The position numbers were made by a program, and so were the translations under genes. From an uncultured Geobacteraceae bacterium (lineage in GTDB: Bacteria > Desulfobacterota > Desulfuromonadia > Geobacterales > Pseudopelobacteraceae), in the NCBI GenBank assembly GCA_903862245.1, contig CAIOXL010000110.1, forward strand, positions 15,336 through 79,335: a DNA stretch of 64,000 nt. Reading direction: 5' to 3'. The notes below the pieces were generated by a model. The model searched no databases and was not told the DNA's origin. It saw only the letters and a program-made list of their open reading frames with translations. Shown here piece after piece: positions 10,677 to 20,696 of this stretch (position 1 is the first letter of the stretch; each line of letters begins with the position of its first letter).

Positions 10677-12100
10677 GGCAGTTCATTATCTCCGTCTGCT
10701 TCCTTCTGAGTGCGATCACACCGGTATGCGCCGCAGAGTTCCAGCCGGGCAACCCCCGCACCATGAAATTTCCCGAACTGAATTTCCAGATCCCCAAAGC
10801 CGAGCGGGTTGTTCTGGAGTGCGGGATGCCGGTTTACCTGCTGCGCGACACCGAACTGCCGATTATCAGCATGACCGCCATGGTGCGGACCGGCTCGGTC
10901 TACGAACCGGCCGCGAAATCCGGGCTGTCTGGTATAGTCGGCAGTGTGATGCGGAGTGGCGGTGCCGGAGGCATGGCACCGGAAGCGATGGATGACGAGC
11001 TGGAATTCATGGCCTCGGCTGTTGAAAGCGGCATCGGCGGTGATATGGGGACGGTATCGCTGACGGCACTGAAAAAGAATTTCAGCCGCACACTACAGAT
11101 TTTCAGCCAGGTGTTGCTCCATCCCGATTTCAGCGAAAAGCGGGTTGAGATCGCCCGCCGGCAGGCGATCGAAGGGTTGCGGCGCCAGAATGACGATCCG
11201 AAGGAGATTGCCGGTCGGGAGATCCAGCGGGCCATTTATGCCGGACATCCGCTCGGTACGGTGCCGACCTTTGAGTCGGTCAGCGCTGTCACCCGCCAGG
11301 ACCTGATTGAGTACCATCGGCGCTTTTACCGTTCGGACCGTATGATGCTTGCCGTAGCTGGTGATTTTGACCGTTCCGGACTGCTGAAGGAGCTCAATGC
11401 AGTTTTCACAGCGTCGCAGAACAGCGCTGCGCCGGACCTGCCGAACATATCCCAGCCGAAACAGCTGTTTCAGGGCGAGGTGCTCTACGGCAAAAAGGAT
11501 GTCAACCAAACGGTCATCCGCATGGGGCATCTCGGGCTGACCAAAGACTCCCCCGACATCTACGCCGTGCGCCTGCTGGACTACATTCTTGGGGGGAGCT
11601 TTACATCGCGGCTGACGATGGAGGTGCGCACCAACCAGGGGCTGGCCTACAGTGTGGGGAGTCACTTTGATATCGGCCGCCGCTTTACCGGCAGCTTTAT
11701 TGCCGAGACTGAAACCAAGGCCGAATCCACCGCCAAGGCTATTACGCTGATGAAAAGCATCATCACCGGTTTGACAAAGGAGCCGGTAAGTGATGCCGAA
11801 CTGAGCGCCGCCAGGGAATACATGATCAACTCGTTCATGTTCGGCTTTACCAGTCCTGCGTCGATCGTGACCCAGCGCGCCCGCCTGGAATATTACGGCT
11901 ACCCCGAGGGATATCTGGAACAGTACCGGGATAATATCGCCAAAGTAACGAAAGCGGACATCCTGAATGCCGCCCGGAAGTATCTGCATCCTGACGCATT
12001 CAAGCTGGTTGTCATTGGCGATGGGGGGAAGTTCGATCAGCCGCTTTCAACATTTGGCACGGTGCGGGAGTTGGACTTGAAAACTACGGTACCGAAATGA
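10673..12100 (+). CDS. M16-family peptidase-like protein (no HxxEH motif; probable non-catalytic partner)
   Basis: 475 aa with a signal peptide and M16 fold-type sequence. ATGA overlap with the preceding M16 gene. Confidence 0.85.
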   Translation: MRQFIISVCFLLSAITPVCAAEFQPGNPRTMKFPELNFQIPKAERVVLECGMPVYLLRDTELPIISMTAMVRTGSVYEPAAKSGLSGIVGSVMRSGGAGGMAPEAMDDELEFMASAVESGIGGDMGTVSLTALKKNFSRTLQIFSQVLLHPDFSEKRVEIARRQAIEGLRRQNDDPKEIAGREIQRAIYAGHPLGTVPTFESVSAVTRQDLIEYHRRFYRSDRMMLAVAGDFDRSGLLKELNAVFTASQNSAAPDLPNISQPKQLFQGEVLYGKKDVNQTVIRMGHLGLTKDSPDIYAVRLLDYILGGSFTSRLTMEVRTNQGLAYSVGSHFDIGRRFTGSFIAETETKAESTAKAITLMKSIITGLTKEPVSDAELSAAREYMINSFMFGFTSPASIVTQRARLEYYGYPEGYLEQYRDNIAKVTKADILNAARKYLHPDAFKLVVIGDGGKFDQPLSTFGTVRELDLKTTVPK

Positions 12101-12126
12101 AGCCATTAGGTGAGTAGTAGTCACTA

Positions 12127-12495
12127 TCAGACGGCAACCTCAAGCCTGAACCCCTCATAATGCAATCGGGGGGCTTTGTTTCTGCCATGTTTTTCCATTT
12201 CAATCAGATCCATTTCCAGAAGTACTTTCACATCTTCAGATATGTTCTTCATGTCACGATGCGTTATTGCCGCCAATTCTTTGATCGATTCAGGCCGGTT
12301 TTCACGAATAACTTTTAGCAGGGCAAAACGTTGTGGAGTCATGGCCTTGCGAAATGCTTCAAAGCTGGTGAAGCTGTATTGCGGCTCTTCCGGTTTGGCC
12401 TGTTCACCTTTAATTGTTGTGTCACAGATCGCCGCGAATTCAGCTATTGTCTGTTCGTGTGATTTGATTGTGATGGTTTTAAACGTCGCTTTCAT
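12127..12495 (-). CDS. Putative HTH DNA-binding antitoxin (TumA-like)
   Basis: 122 aa with a C-terminal winged-helix-like segment (FALLKVIRENRPESIKELAAITHRDMKNISEDVKVL). Overlaps the upstream small gene by 17 nt. The family name is from memory and no search was run. Confidence 0.6.
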   Translation of the reverse strand: MKATFKTITIKSHEQTIAEFAAICDTTIKGEQAKPEEPQYSFTSFEAFRKAMTPQRFALLKVIRENRPESIKELAAITHRDMKNISEDVKVLLEMDLIEMEKHGRNKAPRLHYEGFRLEVAV

Positions 12496-12790
12496 TATCG
12501 TCCCCTTCGAGATAGCGTGCGATATCGGCGTTGAACTCGGTTAGAAGCTGCTCCATACTGATAAAAATGTATGGCTTTTCAACACCTGCGAAGTGCCGAT
12601 GGTCACCTTTGCCGCATTCGTTGTCATATCCTATAACTCTGACGCCGTTTACAATGTAGACCACTGAGTATTTAAGCCCGTGCGGGGTATGCTCAGTCGC
12701 AGGAACAATCCAGGCTTTCAGCTCGGTGATGTGACCATCAACATTTCTCTCTTTCCTGTGTGCAAGCAACCTTGCTTTTATGGTTGGCAT
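12479..12790 (-). CDS. Putative toxin, TumE/DUF6516-like
   Basis: 103 aa. The motif YSVVYIVNGVRVIGYDNECGKGDHRH resembles the TumE family as I recall it. Paired with the downstream HTH gene in an AT-richer islet. Confidence 0.55.
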   Translation of the reverse strand: MPTIKARLLAHRKERNVDGHITELKAWIVPATEHTPHGLKYSVVYIVNGVRVIGYDNECGKGDHRHFAGVEKPYIFISMEQLLTEFNADIARYLEGDDNESDV

Positions 12791-12916
12791 AATAAACCAA
12801 TCGTATTATGGAGTCAATAATGGGATGGTACAAATAACCAATTAACACAGAGACGTCATTCCAGCCACGCCAACCCTTTCCCTCTCAAACGGTTTCTGGA
12901 CAGTTCCTCAGTCACA

Positions 12917-13804
12917 TTATTTTTTCGATTGTTCCGTACTCTGATTTTGTGCTGCACTTTTTGGTTCTGGTTTCATTTCTGTAGCCGGTTTGGCAGTTTC
13001 TGCTGCCTCACCGGGAATACGTGGCTTTGTGGGAAGGTTTTGTTCCGAAACAGCTGGTAGCGGCGGAGCTTTTGGCGTTGCCTGATAGTTGAATTGTCCG
13101 GGTGCTTTCAGGAATTTATAGCCGGGGATGACCGGAATTTCCTCAAGTCTGCCACCGTCTCCAAAAGGAAATGTGATTTTCCGTGCATCGCTTGCCGCTT
13201 TAGATGCCATCAGTTTTTTCACCAATTCGTCATATTCCTTCTTCGACAGTTCGTTTTTCTTTTTCAGCTCCTTATATTCAGCAAGCATTTTGACAGCATT
13301 CTGATTGCCGGCCTTGACCGCTTTATTGAGAAGCGCCTCTCCTTTACTGATATTCGGTTTCACATCGGTACCGTTCAGATATAGCCGTGCAAGCAGGACA
13401 TCTGCCTGGGAATCATTCAGCTTTGAGGCACTATTCAGTAAGGCCACCGCTTTCTTTATATCCTTTTTACCCCCTTTTCCATCAATGTAGATCATGGCAA
13501 GGTTGGTTTTTGCCGGTACAATTCCGGCATCAGAGGCAGCCTGATATAACGCTGCCGCTTCTTTCAAATCCCCCGGAGAGGCATTTTTCTTGGTGTGAAG
13601 CGCTAAAGCGCGGTTAAACTGGTCTACTCCTTTGTTTTGTTCCCGTTGTATCTCGGGCAACTTCCCGTTTTGATTATATTGTTGAATGATTTTCTTGAAT
13701 TCTTCCGGGCTGGGGACACGACTTTCCTCTGCACGCAGGTTTTGTGAATGGCATACAACTATCCCCAGAACAACCATGACCAACGTTTTTGACACTTTTT
13801 GCAT
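12917..13804 (-). CDS. Secreted Sel1-repeat (TPR-like) protein with a Pro/Lys-rich tail
   Basis: Signal peptide MQKVSKTLVMVVLGIVVC. Repeats of the type A..LY..A...G...A..NLA..Y..G.G..KD..KA. GGAGGA RBS before the ATG at 13804. Confidence 0.75.
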   Translation of the reverse strand: MQKVSKTLVMVVLGIVVCHSQNLRAEESRVPSPEEFKKIIQQYNQNGKLPEIQREQNKGVDQFNRALALHTKKNASPGDLKEAAALYQAASDAGIVPAKTNLAMIYIDGKGGKKDIKKAVALLNSASKLNDSQADVLLARLYLNGTDVKPNISKGEALLNKAVKAGNQNAVKMLAEYKELKKKNELSKKEYDELVKKLMASKAASDARKITFPFGDGGRLEEIPVIPGYKFLKAPGQFNYQATPKAPPLPAVSEQNLPTKPRIPGEAAETAKPATEMKPEPKSAAQNQSTEQSKK

Positions 13805-14012
13805 ATGTTTTCCTCCGTTAAATATCATTATAACTACCAAATAGTACTTATCTCTGTCCAGCTAAAGATGAAGTGAAATCTGAGAGTAATCCCTGTTATT
13901 TCTTTTTGGAGATTTTGATGCGGGAGAGCACTGTCGGTTTTAGCGGGTCTAACTTTCTGGCGGGAAGCACATTCAAAACATGACCAATTAACCACAGTAA
14001 CGAAGTCTGAAG

Positions 14013-15593
14013 CTAGGCGGAAGCCAGCCTCGCCGCGATACTGTCCGCAATCTTGATGCCGTCAACGGCGGAACTCATGATCCCGCCGGCATACCCGGCA
14101 CCCTCACCGGCCGGGTAGAGTCCTTTGACCCCCACTGACTCAAAATTGCCATCCCTCAGGATGCGAACCGGTGATGACGTGCGCGATTCAATACCGATCA
14201 GGGTCGCCTCGGCGGTGACAAACCCGCGCAGCTTCCGGCCAAAATCCACGATCCCCTCACGGAGCGTGTCAATGACAAATGCGGGAAGCACAGAATCCAG
14301 CTCCGTCTCCCGGATACCGGGACGGTAGCTTGTGCGTACCGCTCCTTTTCCCGGCAGCCGTAAAAAGTCCAGCAGATTCTGGGCCGGTGCCAGATATCCA
14401 CCCCCACCCAGTTCAAAAGCCCGCCGTTCCCACCTGCGCTGCAGACGAACCCCGCCCAGCGGCCCATCTCCGTCGAAATCCGTTTCCCGGATATTGACCA
14501 CAAGGGCACTGTTGGCATAGGGGGAATTGCGCAGTTGACCGCTCATACCGTTGGTAACAACGCCCCCCTCCTCGGACGATCCACCCACCACCACCCCGCC
14601 GGGACACATGCAGAAGGAGTAGGCACTGCGGCCGCTGACGCTGTTGTTCCAGGCGACGGCATAGTCTGCGGAGGTCAGGTTCGGCTGTTTCCCGCTGCCA
14701 TACTGGATTTTGTTGATCAGTTCCTGAGGATGCTCAACCCTCAGCCCCATAGCGAAGGGCTTGCGCTGGAGCGGCACATTCAGCCGTTCCAGCAGTTCAT
14801 AGGTATCCCGTGCGCTGTGCCCGCTGGCCAGAATCAGATGGTCGCACGGGATTTCCTCCCTGTCATTCACGGTCACCGCCGTGACCCGGCCATCCGTGAG
14901 AGTCAGATCGGTCATGCGGCAGTCGAAACGGACCGCAAACCCCTTCTCGATAAGCTCCCGCCGCATGGTACTGACGACCACCCTCAAGCGATCGGTCCCG
15001 ATATGCGGCTTGGCGAGATAGCGCACCTCCGGCGGAGCGCCGAATGTGGCAAATCGTTCCAGTATCCATGGTACCAGAGGATCTTTGGAGCGGCAGGTCA
15101 GTTTGCCGTCCGAAAAGGTTCCGGCCCCCCCCTCGCCGAACTGGACGTTGGATTCCGGGTCAAGAATGCCCTCCTTCCAGAAGCGCTGCACGGAGAGCGC
15201 CCGTTGCTCCACCGCCCCACCCCGTTCGATGACCGTCGCCGTCAGGCCGTACTCGGCGAGCCGCAGGGCGGCAAACAGTCCGGCCGGCCCGCTGCCGACG
15301 ATGACGATGCGCGCCTGCGAGCGAATCCGCACCGGGGGTGAAAGCAATATTTCATCCTGCCACTCCAGTGCCGGATCACTGTCCAGACGCGCCCGAACCG
15401 CATCATCGCCAGAAAATGACAGCGTGTACACCAGCTTGACCTGCGGTTTTTTCCGGGCGTCAACCCCTTTGCGGATAATACGGACATCGCGCAGGGCCGC
15501 CAGCGGCACGGAAAGCTTCGCCGCCAGCAGGGCGGGCAGTGTTTCTTCAGGATCTTGGGGGGTCAGGAGAAGGTTGCGATAGATAAATGGCAT
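14013..15593 (-). CDS. NAD(P)/FAD-dependent oxidoreductase (COG2509-like)
   Basis: Dinucleotide-binding motif IVIVGSGPAGLFAAL. Start set at MPFIYRN (ATG 15593). The longer ORF to 15704 is Arg/Pro-rich and unlikely to be translated. Confidence 0.8.
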   Translation of the reverse strand: MPFIYRNLLLTPQDPEETLPALLAAKLSVPLAALRDVRIIRKGVDARKKPQVKLVYTLSFSGDDAVRARLDSDPALEWQDEILLSPPVRIRSQARIVIVGSGPAGLFAALRLAEYGLTATVIERGGAVEQRALSVQRFWKEGILDPESNVQFGEGGAGTFSDGKLTCRSKDPLVPWILERFATFGAPPEVRYLAKPHIGTDRLRVVVSTMRRELIEKGFAVRFDCRMTDLTLTDGRVTAVTVNDREEIPCDHLILASGHSARDTYELLERLNVPLQRKPFAMGLRVEHPQELINKIQYGSGKQPNLTSADYAVAWNNSVSGRSAYSFCMCPGGVVVGGSSEEGGVVTNGMSGQLRNSPYANSALVVNIRETDFDGDGPLGGVRLQRRWERRAFELGGGGYLAPAQNLLDFLRLPGKGAVRTSYRPGIRETELDSVLPAFVIDTLREGIVDFGRKLRGFVTAEATLIGIESRTSSPVRILRDGNFESVGVKGLYPAGEGAGYAGGIMSSAVDGIKIADSIAARLASA

Positions 15594-15729
15594 AGGTGCA
15601 CACTGGCTGGAAGATGGTTGATCGGAAAGGGCACGGGGGGGGCGGCATCTCCCATGCCGGTGAGCGGCGTGTTGCCGGCTCAGCAGCATGGGGTGGTTTC
15701 GCATCCCGTTACTCGTTACTGCGGCAGGG

Positions 15730-16179
15730 TTACACTGCCGGAAGCCGGACCGTCAGCACCGGACAGTCTGCGGTGCGCACCACACGTTCCGCCGTACTGC
15801 CGAAAAGAATCCGGTCAAGGCCGGTTCTGCCGTGAGTACCAAGTACGATCAGTGACGCGCCGAGCTTGGCGGCTGCCGAGGTGATTTCGTCGGAGGGAAT
15901 GCCGGTAACGATGGACGTTTTGTAATTGGAAAATGTCCCCATCTTTGAGCTGCAGAATGTTTCCATCATCTTGACGGCACTCTCTTCGATCTCTTTTTCA
16001 AGCTGCTCGAATGAAATGTGCGGCACATAAAAGCCGCGAAGGTCAACCGGCTCGTTAATGACATGCATGATTGTTAGTTCGGCATTGAATTGGCTGGCCA
16101 GAGTCAGGGCATAGTCAAAAGCACATTCAGAGTTTTCCGAAAAATCAACAGCGGTTAAAATCTTGGTAAACGGCTTCAT
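15730..16179 (-). CDS. Universal stress protein (UspA family)
   Basis: 149 aa with the C-terminal motif GTHGRTGLDRILFGSTAERV. Confidence 0.9.
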   Translation of the reverse strand: MKPFTKILTAVDFSENSECAFDYALTLASQFNAELTIMHVINEPVDLRGFYVPHISFEQLEKEIEESAVKMMETFCSSKMGTFSNYKTSIVTGIPSDEITSAAAKLGASLIVLGTHGRTGLDRILFGSTAERVVRTADCPVLTVRLPAV

Positions 16180-16207
16180 GGTATTCCTCCTGGAATGGTG
16201 TCGCCTG

Positions 16208-16582
16208 CTAGATGGTGGTGAAAATCTTGTTGATGACCTTTTTCAGTTCCCCGTATTTAACCGGTTTGTTTATATATTCAAAAGCACCCAGCGCCATGGC
16301 TTCGAGGTACGATTCAACCTCACCGTATCCGGTGACTATAATAACATTACTGGCCGGATGAGTGCGGTTAAGTTCGCGCAGAAACGTCAGCCCGTTCATC
16401 TCCGGCATGTTAAGATCGGTGATGACAAGGTCCACACAGTTACTGCACAGGTAACTCAGGGCTTCAACACCGTTACTGGCAGAGGAAACATCATATCCGT
16501 CATAAGCAAGAATCTTGGAAAGCGCCACCCTGGCGTTTTCGTCATCCTCTACAACGAGTATTCTTTTAATCACCTGCTCCAC
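16208..16582 (-). CDS. Single-domain response regulator (CheY-like receiver)
   Basis: 124 aa. Acidic pocket EDDE, phospho-acceptor in LVITDLNMP, conserved Lys in INKP. GTG start with a GGGAGGA RBS. Confidence 0.9.
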   Translation of the reverse strand: MEQVIKRILVVEDDENARVALSKILAYDGYDVSSASNGVEALSYLCSNCVDLVITDLNMPEMNGLTFLRELNRTHPASNVIIVTGYGEVESYLEAMALGAFEYINKPVKYGELKKVINKIFTTI

Positions 16583-16675
16583 GATGATCCTCCCGCACTG
16601 TTTGGGGACACAGAAAGTCTAGCATGTGACGTCAGAGTGTCAAGGCCATGAATTCCTAGCCAAAGTGCTGTAACG

Positions 16676-17557
16676 CTACGGTTTGACAGTGTCGGCATCA
16701 AGTTCAACGTACGCCGGTTTTCCGGAAGGGCCGAGCGGTTTGTACGGTCTGCCGTTCAATTCCACTTCAACACCGCCGGCATTGCTCAGCTCCAAAGTCA
16801 CCTTCTTTTCGGCCTTCCATTCGATAACATCCCCGATGGTAAGCTCGTGCTGCTGCACCGCTCCCCCGTCGACGGTGGAGGCCAGTGTCCCGTTCTGGGT
16901 AACCCTGAGCTTCAGAATAAAACCTTTTGCTGCATCAGGCTGACGCTTCGCGGGCACCACTTTTTCCGGTTCGGGCGGTGCCGGTGTGCGCCGCTCAACC
17001 TTTGGAGCGGCAACAGCCGGAATGTCTGTTTTTTTTGCCCGCACCGAGCTTTGCGCCGTTTGAACCGGAGGATTCGCCGGAAGTGGCGCGGTGACCGGAA
17101 CCGTCTGAAGCTCCCGAACGAGAGGAGGGGGAGGTCGTTTGAAGAAGGTGGCAGTTATCAGAATAGCGATCAGAAGCAGTGCCGGAAACAGCAGTTTTTT
17201 CAGGGAGAGCAGACGCCGGGGCTTCCGGTTCGGACCGCCTGACAGAGAGGTGGGAGCCGGTTTCTCGCTTTGGCTCCCGAAAAGCTTGTCATACATCCGT
17301 GCAATATCGTCGGCGTTAAGGCCAAGGTAGGTGGCATAGATGCGCAGAAAACCCTTGAGGTAGGCCTGATTGGCAAAATCGCGAATCTGGTCGTTTTCCA
17401 GCGCTTTAAGGTGAGACACCCCGACCTTGGTGGCTTCCGAAGCCTCTTCAATGGTAATTTCGTGGAATTCCCGGCAACGGCGCAGGATCGTTCCGGGTGA
17501 GCCGGTCGACGTTTCCGGAGAAGATGAAGGCGAATCTGTCACTCTGTCCTCACTCAC
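16676..17557 (-). CDS. RodZ-like HTH membrane protein
   Basis: XRE-type HTH at the N-terminus, a TM helix (LLFPALLLIAILITATFF), a Pro-rich linker and a C-terminal beta-rich domain. Confidence 0.7.
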   Translation of the reverse strand: MSEDRVTDSPSSSPETSTGSPGTILRRCREFHEITIEEASEATKVGVSHLKALENDQIRDFANQAYLKGFLRIYATYLGLNADDIARMYDKLFGSQSEKPAPTSLSGGPNRKPRRLLSLKKLLFPALLLIAILITATFFKRPPPPLVRELQTVPVTAPLPANPPVQTAQSSVRAKKTDIPAVAAPKVERRTPAPPEPEKVVPAKRQPDAAKGFILKLRVTQNGTLASTVDGGAVQQHELTIGDVIEWKAEKKVTLELSNAGGVEVELNGRPYKPLGPSGKPAYVELDADTVKP

Positions 17558-18324
17558 TTGATAAGCTCCAGATAGCCGAGAGCAGCGCGGCCAAGTTCGC
17601 TTTCGGGGATAAGCCGTACCGCCTCTTTGAAGGAAGCCCGCGCAGCCTCGCGCCTGTTCTGTCTGAGCTGTGCCTGCCCCATGTAATAGTGGGCGGCGCC
17701 ATACTCGCGATAAATTTCCAGCGCCCGGGCATATTCGGCAATCGCCTTGTCACTCTTATCCATGGCAAACCAGACCCGTCCAAGGGAAAGCCGTGCCACC
17801 GGATTGCCCGGGTTCAACGTTGCCACCGCCTGCAGCTCTGCCAGCGCCTTGGGGTAATCTCCTTTGCCCAGGTAGGCCAGGCCGAGATTTATGGCTGCAT
17901 CTTCATTGCTGCCGTAAAAAAGATCATCCTTGACGATTTTGAACTGTTGAATGGCGCCGTCCCACCGTTTCAGGCTGAGATACGCGACCCCCAGATCATT
18001 GCGGGCGGCAGAGAAGGCCGGTTTCAGCTCGATCGCTTTCAGAAACTTTGCTTCGGCAAGGTCGGGCCGTTTTTTTCCGACAAAAGCCAGACCGAGGCTG
18101 TAAAGGATCTCCGGGTTCTCCGGGTCCAACCGTTCAGCCTCCGTCAGGTCAAACAATGCGGAGGAATAGTTGCGCTCCCCCAGATACGAGAGCCCCATTT
18201 GATAATGATAGGAAGCCGGTTTGGAAGCGGGGGTATTCTGACCCCGGCCGGACGCGCACCCGGAAACGGTCAGAAGCAGAAGCAGTACAGCTGTCGAACG
18301 GGAAAAAAATTTCATTACAGGCAT
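17554..18324 (-). CDS. TPR-repeat lipoprotein (PilW/PilF-like)
   Basis: Lipobox LLTVSGC followed by multiple TPR units. Start is ATG 18324 or 18315. ATGA overlap with the RodZ-like gene. Confidence 0.75.
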   Translation of the reverse strand: MPVMKFFSRSTAVLLLLLTVSGCASGRGQNTPASKPASYHYQMGLSYLGERNYSSALFDLTEAERLDPENPEILYSLGLAFVGKKRPDLAEAKFLKAIELKPAFSAARNDLGVAYLSLKRWDGAIQQFKIVKDDLFYGSNEDAAINLGLAYLGKGDYPKALAELQAVATLNPGNPVARLSLGRVWFAMDKSDKAIAEYARALEIYREYGAAHYYMGQAQLRQNRREAARASFKEAVRLIPESELGRAALGYLELIK

Positions 18325-18365
18325 ATCCCGGGACACACACCTCCGCAGGACAAGGCACCTCACCA

Positions 18366-19280
18366 TCAGAAAGAAAGATCTCTGAAGCTAGTCAGTGCCT
18401 TGAAGCTGGCGAAACGGTCCTGAATTTCTTTGTACTCCAGCCGCTTCATGCGGTTAAGGCTGAAATCCTCCACATTGAAGGAGGCCATGACACTGCCGAA
18501 AACAATCGCCTGGCGAAGTCCCTCTTCCGACAGGTCCCCCGTATTTGCCAGATAGCCCATAAAGCCCCCGGCAAAGGTATCTCCGGCACCAGTGGGGTCG
18601 AACACCTCCTCCAGTGGATAGGCCGGAGCGGCAAAAACCGAATCGGCGGTGAACATCAGTACGCCGTACTCTCCCCGCTTGACAACCAGGCGTTTACAGC
18701 CGAGGGCGATGATCTGCCGGGCAGCCTTGACCAGATTGGCTTCTCCGGTAAACTGCCGCGCTTCACCTTCGTTGATGACGACAATATCGACTTTTTGCAG
18801 CACCTTCTTCAGGGCTTCCGGTTTAGAGGAAATCCAGAAGTTCATCGTGTCGCACGCCACGAGCTTCGGCGTGCGGACCTGTTCCAGAACCTTCATCTGC
18901 AGGTCAGGATCTATATTGGCCAGAAAAAGATACTCGGCATCACGGTAGGATTCCGGCAGTTCCGGCTGAAAATCCATCAACACGTTCAGCTGGGTATCGA
19001 GCGTCTGTGCTTCATTCAGGTCATAGCCGTACCGGCCGCTCCAATGGAACGTCTTGCCGGGGATACGCTGCAAACCGGCGGTATCAATATTACGTCCCTG
19101 CAGAAAACTGACATGCTCTTCCGGAAAGTCTTCCCCCACAACCGCGACCAGCGCCACATCGGTAAAAAAACTGGCCGAGGTGGAAAAGTAGGTGGCTGAT
19201 CCCCCCAGAACATTATCTCCCCTGCCGAACGGGGTCTCAACAGTGTCAAATGCGACGGTACCGACAACAACAATGCTCAT
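18366..19280 (-). CDS. PfkB-family carbohydrate/nucleoside kinase
   Basis: C-terminal motif DPTGAGDTFAGG. GGGAGAA RBS before the ATG at 19280. Confidence 0.85.
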   Translation of the reverse strand: MSIVVVGTVAFDTVETPFGRGDNVLGGSATYFSTSASFFTDVALVAVVGEDFPEEHVSFLQGRNIDTAGLQRIPGKTFHWSGRYGYDLNEAQTLDTQLNVLMDFQPELPESYRDAEYLFLANIDPDLQMKVLEQVRTPKLVACDTMNFWISSKPEALKKVLQKVDIVVINEGEARQFTGEANLVKAARQIIALGCKRLVVKRGEYGVLMFTADSVFAAPAYPLEEVFDPTGAGDTFAGGFMGYLANTGDLSEEGLRQAIVFGSVMASFNVEDFSLNRMKRLEYKEIQDRFASFKALTSFRDLSF

Positions 19281-19334
19281 TGGTTTCTCCCGCAAAAAAT
19301 AGTGTGACAAAATACCACGCGGCTCTGCATGAGT

Positions 19335-19368
19335 CAAAAGGATTGTCGCCCCGATTTGGGGACAATCC
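19335..19368 (-). terminator. Rho-independent terminator after the TolC-like gene
   Basis: Minus-strand hairpin GGATTGTCCCCAAATCGGGGCGACAATCC (about 13 bp) followed by UUUUG. Confidence 0.6.
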
Positions 19369-19381
19369 GGACGGTCCCGGA

Positions 19382-20683
19382 CTACTCTCCGACGACACCC
19401 ATGGCCCAGAGATAATTCACCTCGGCCACGCGAAAGTCCCGTTGGGCCCGGGCCATAGTGCTTTTGGCCTGGAGCAGGTTGAACTGGGCATCATCGACCT
19501 CAAGCCTGATTTTAACGCCGAATTCGTACCCCTTTTCCGCCATCTGGACCAAACGCTCGGCCTGTTTGACCGTGCCGGAAAGCGCCTTCAGAATCTCGGC
19601 GGCTTCACGGTAGGAAAACTCCGCCTGGCGGACTTCCAGGGCGATCGCATCCAGCAGCCGGCTCTCTTCGATCTGTTTTGTCCGCAGATCGCTTCTGGCC
19701 TGAGCGACCCTGCCGCTCGTCCGGAGACCGTCAAAAAACGGAAAGGTCACATACAGTCCCATATCCCACGCCGCACCATCCGCATTCTGGGCCGGCCCCG
19801 GGCTGTCCAGGCCGATCCGGCGCCAGCCGGCTCCCCCCTTCAGATCAAGGCGCGGCTTGTTGTCGGCATCGGCGATTGTTACCAGCTCACCATAGATGGC
19901 GATACGCAGGCGCAGATCAGCAAGCTCCGGACGGCGCTGCCCGGCGATGCGGAGCGCTTCGGTATACCCGGCCGGCAGGGGGCGCTCAATCGCCGCCACG
20001 TCAAGGGAACCGGCAGCATCAACATCTTCCTCTCCCATGGCCAGCAGAAAACGGAGCCGCTCGCGAGCCAGGCGGATGGTGTTTTCCGAGCGGATGACGT
20101 CCGGCTGCGTATTTTCAGCCGCCACTTCTGCAGCCAGAACGTCATAGTCGGTTGCTACCCCGGCGCTGAACTTGCGGGTCGCCTCATCCAGATGACGCAG
20201 CTTCTGGGCACGGTTTTCCCGGGCCAGCCGGTGCATCTCCCTGGCAAGCTGAATATCATGATAGGCTGCCACCACCTCCCGGTAGGTCGCCTGCCGGTAC
20301 AGCCGGAGCTGTTCATCGGCAGTTTTCAGCCCGACCTCGGCGGCACGGATTGCAGCGTTCAACTTTCCCCAGGTATAAATCGGCTGGGAAACCGTCAGGT
20401 CAAGCGCCTGACCGAATTGGCGCTGGGCCGAATAGCCGGTGACCTTCAGGCTCTCATCCTTTGCCACCGCCACCGAACCATTCAGCGACAATTGGGGCAG
20501 GGCGGCGGCCCGCTCCTCAACATATTTTCCCTGGACATAGCGGGCATACTCGCGGGCCTTTTCGATATCGCGGTTTTTCTCCATCGCCATCGATATCGCC
20601 TGCTCAAGCGTCACCACGCGAGCTTCCGCAGCAGCAACAGTCGCCAGAATCGCGACCAGAATTTTCACTGCCATTTTCACCAC
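19382..20683 (-). CDS. TolC-family outer-membrane efflux protein
   Basis: 433 aa with a signal peptide and the duplicated alpha-helical/beta-barrel TolC pattern. Confidence 0.85.
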   Translation of the reverse strand: MVKMAVKILVAILATVAAAEARVVTLEQAISMAMEKNRDIEKAREYARYVQGKYVEERAAALPQLSLNGSVAVAKDESLKVTGYSAQRQFGQALDLTVSQPIYTWGKLNAAIRAAEVGLKTADEQLRLYRQATYREVVAAYHDIQLAREMHRLARENRAQKLRHLDEATRKFSAGVATDYDVLAAEVAAENTQPDVIRSENTIRLARERLRFLLAMGEEDVDAAGSLDVAAIERPLPAGYTEALRIAGQRRPELADLRLRIAIYGELVTIADADNKPRLDLKGGAGWRRIGLDSPGPAQNADGAAWDMGLYVTFPFFDGLRTSGRVAQARSDLRTKQIEESRLLDAIALEVRQAEFSYREAAEILKALSGTVKQAERLVQMAEKGYEFGVKIRLEVDDAQFNLLQAKSTMARAQRDFRVAEVNYLWAMGVVGE

Positions 20684-20696
20684 AGCACTTCCCCTT

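Noticed and set aside
12836-14002. Imperfect direct repeats ACCAATTAAC(C)ACAG..ACG (12836-12855 and 13982-14002) as possible att or target-duplication sites of the islet.
   Set aside because: Only 10 nt are exact. By rough estimate a match of that length can arise by chance within 2 kb of AT-rich DNA. The repeats bracket only the Sel1 gene, not the whole islet, and there is no integrase. They are mentioned only as a weak hint.
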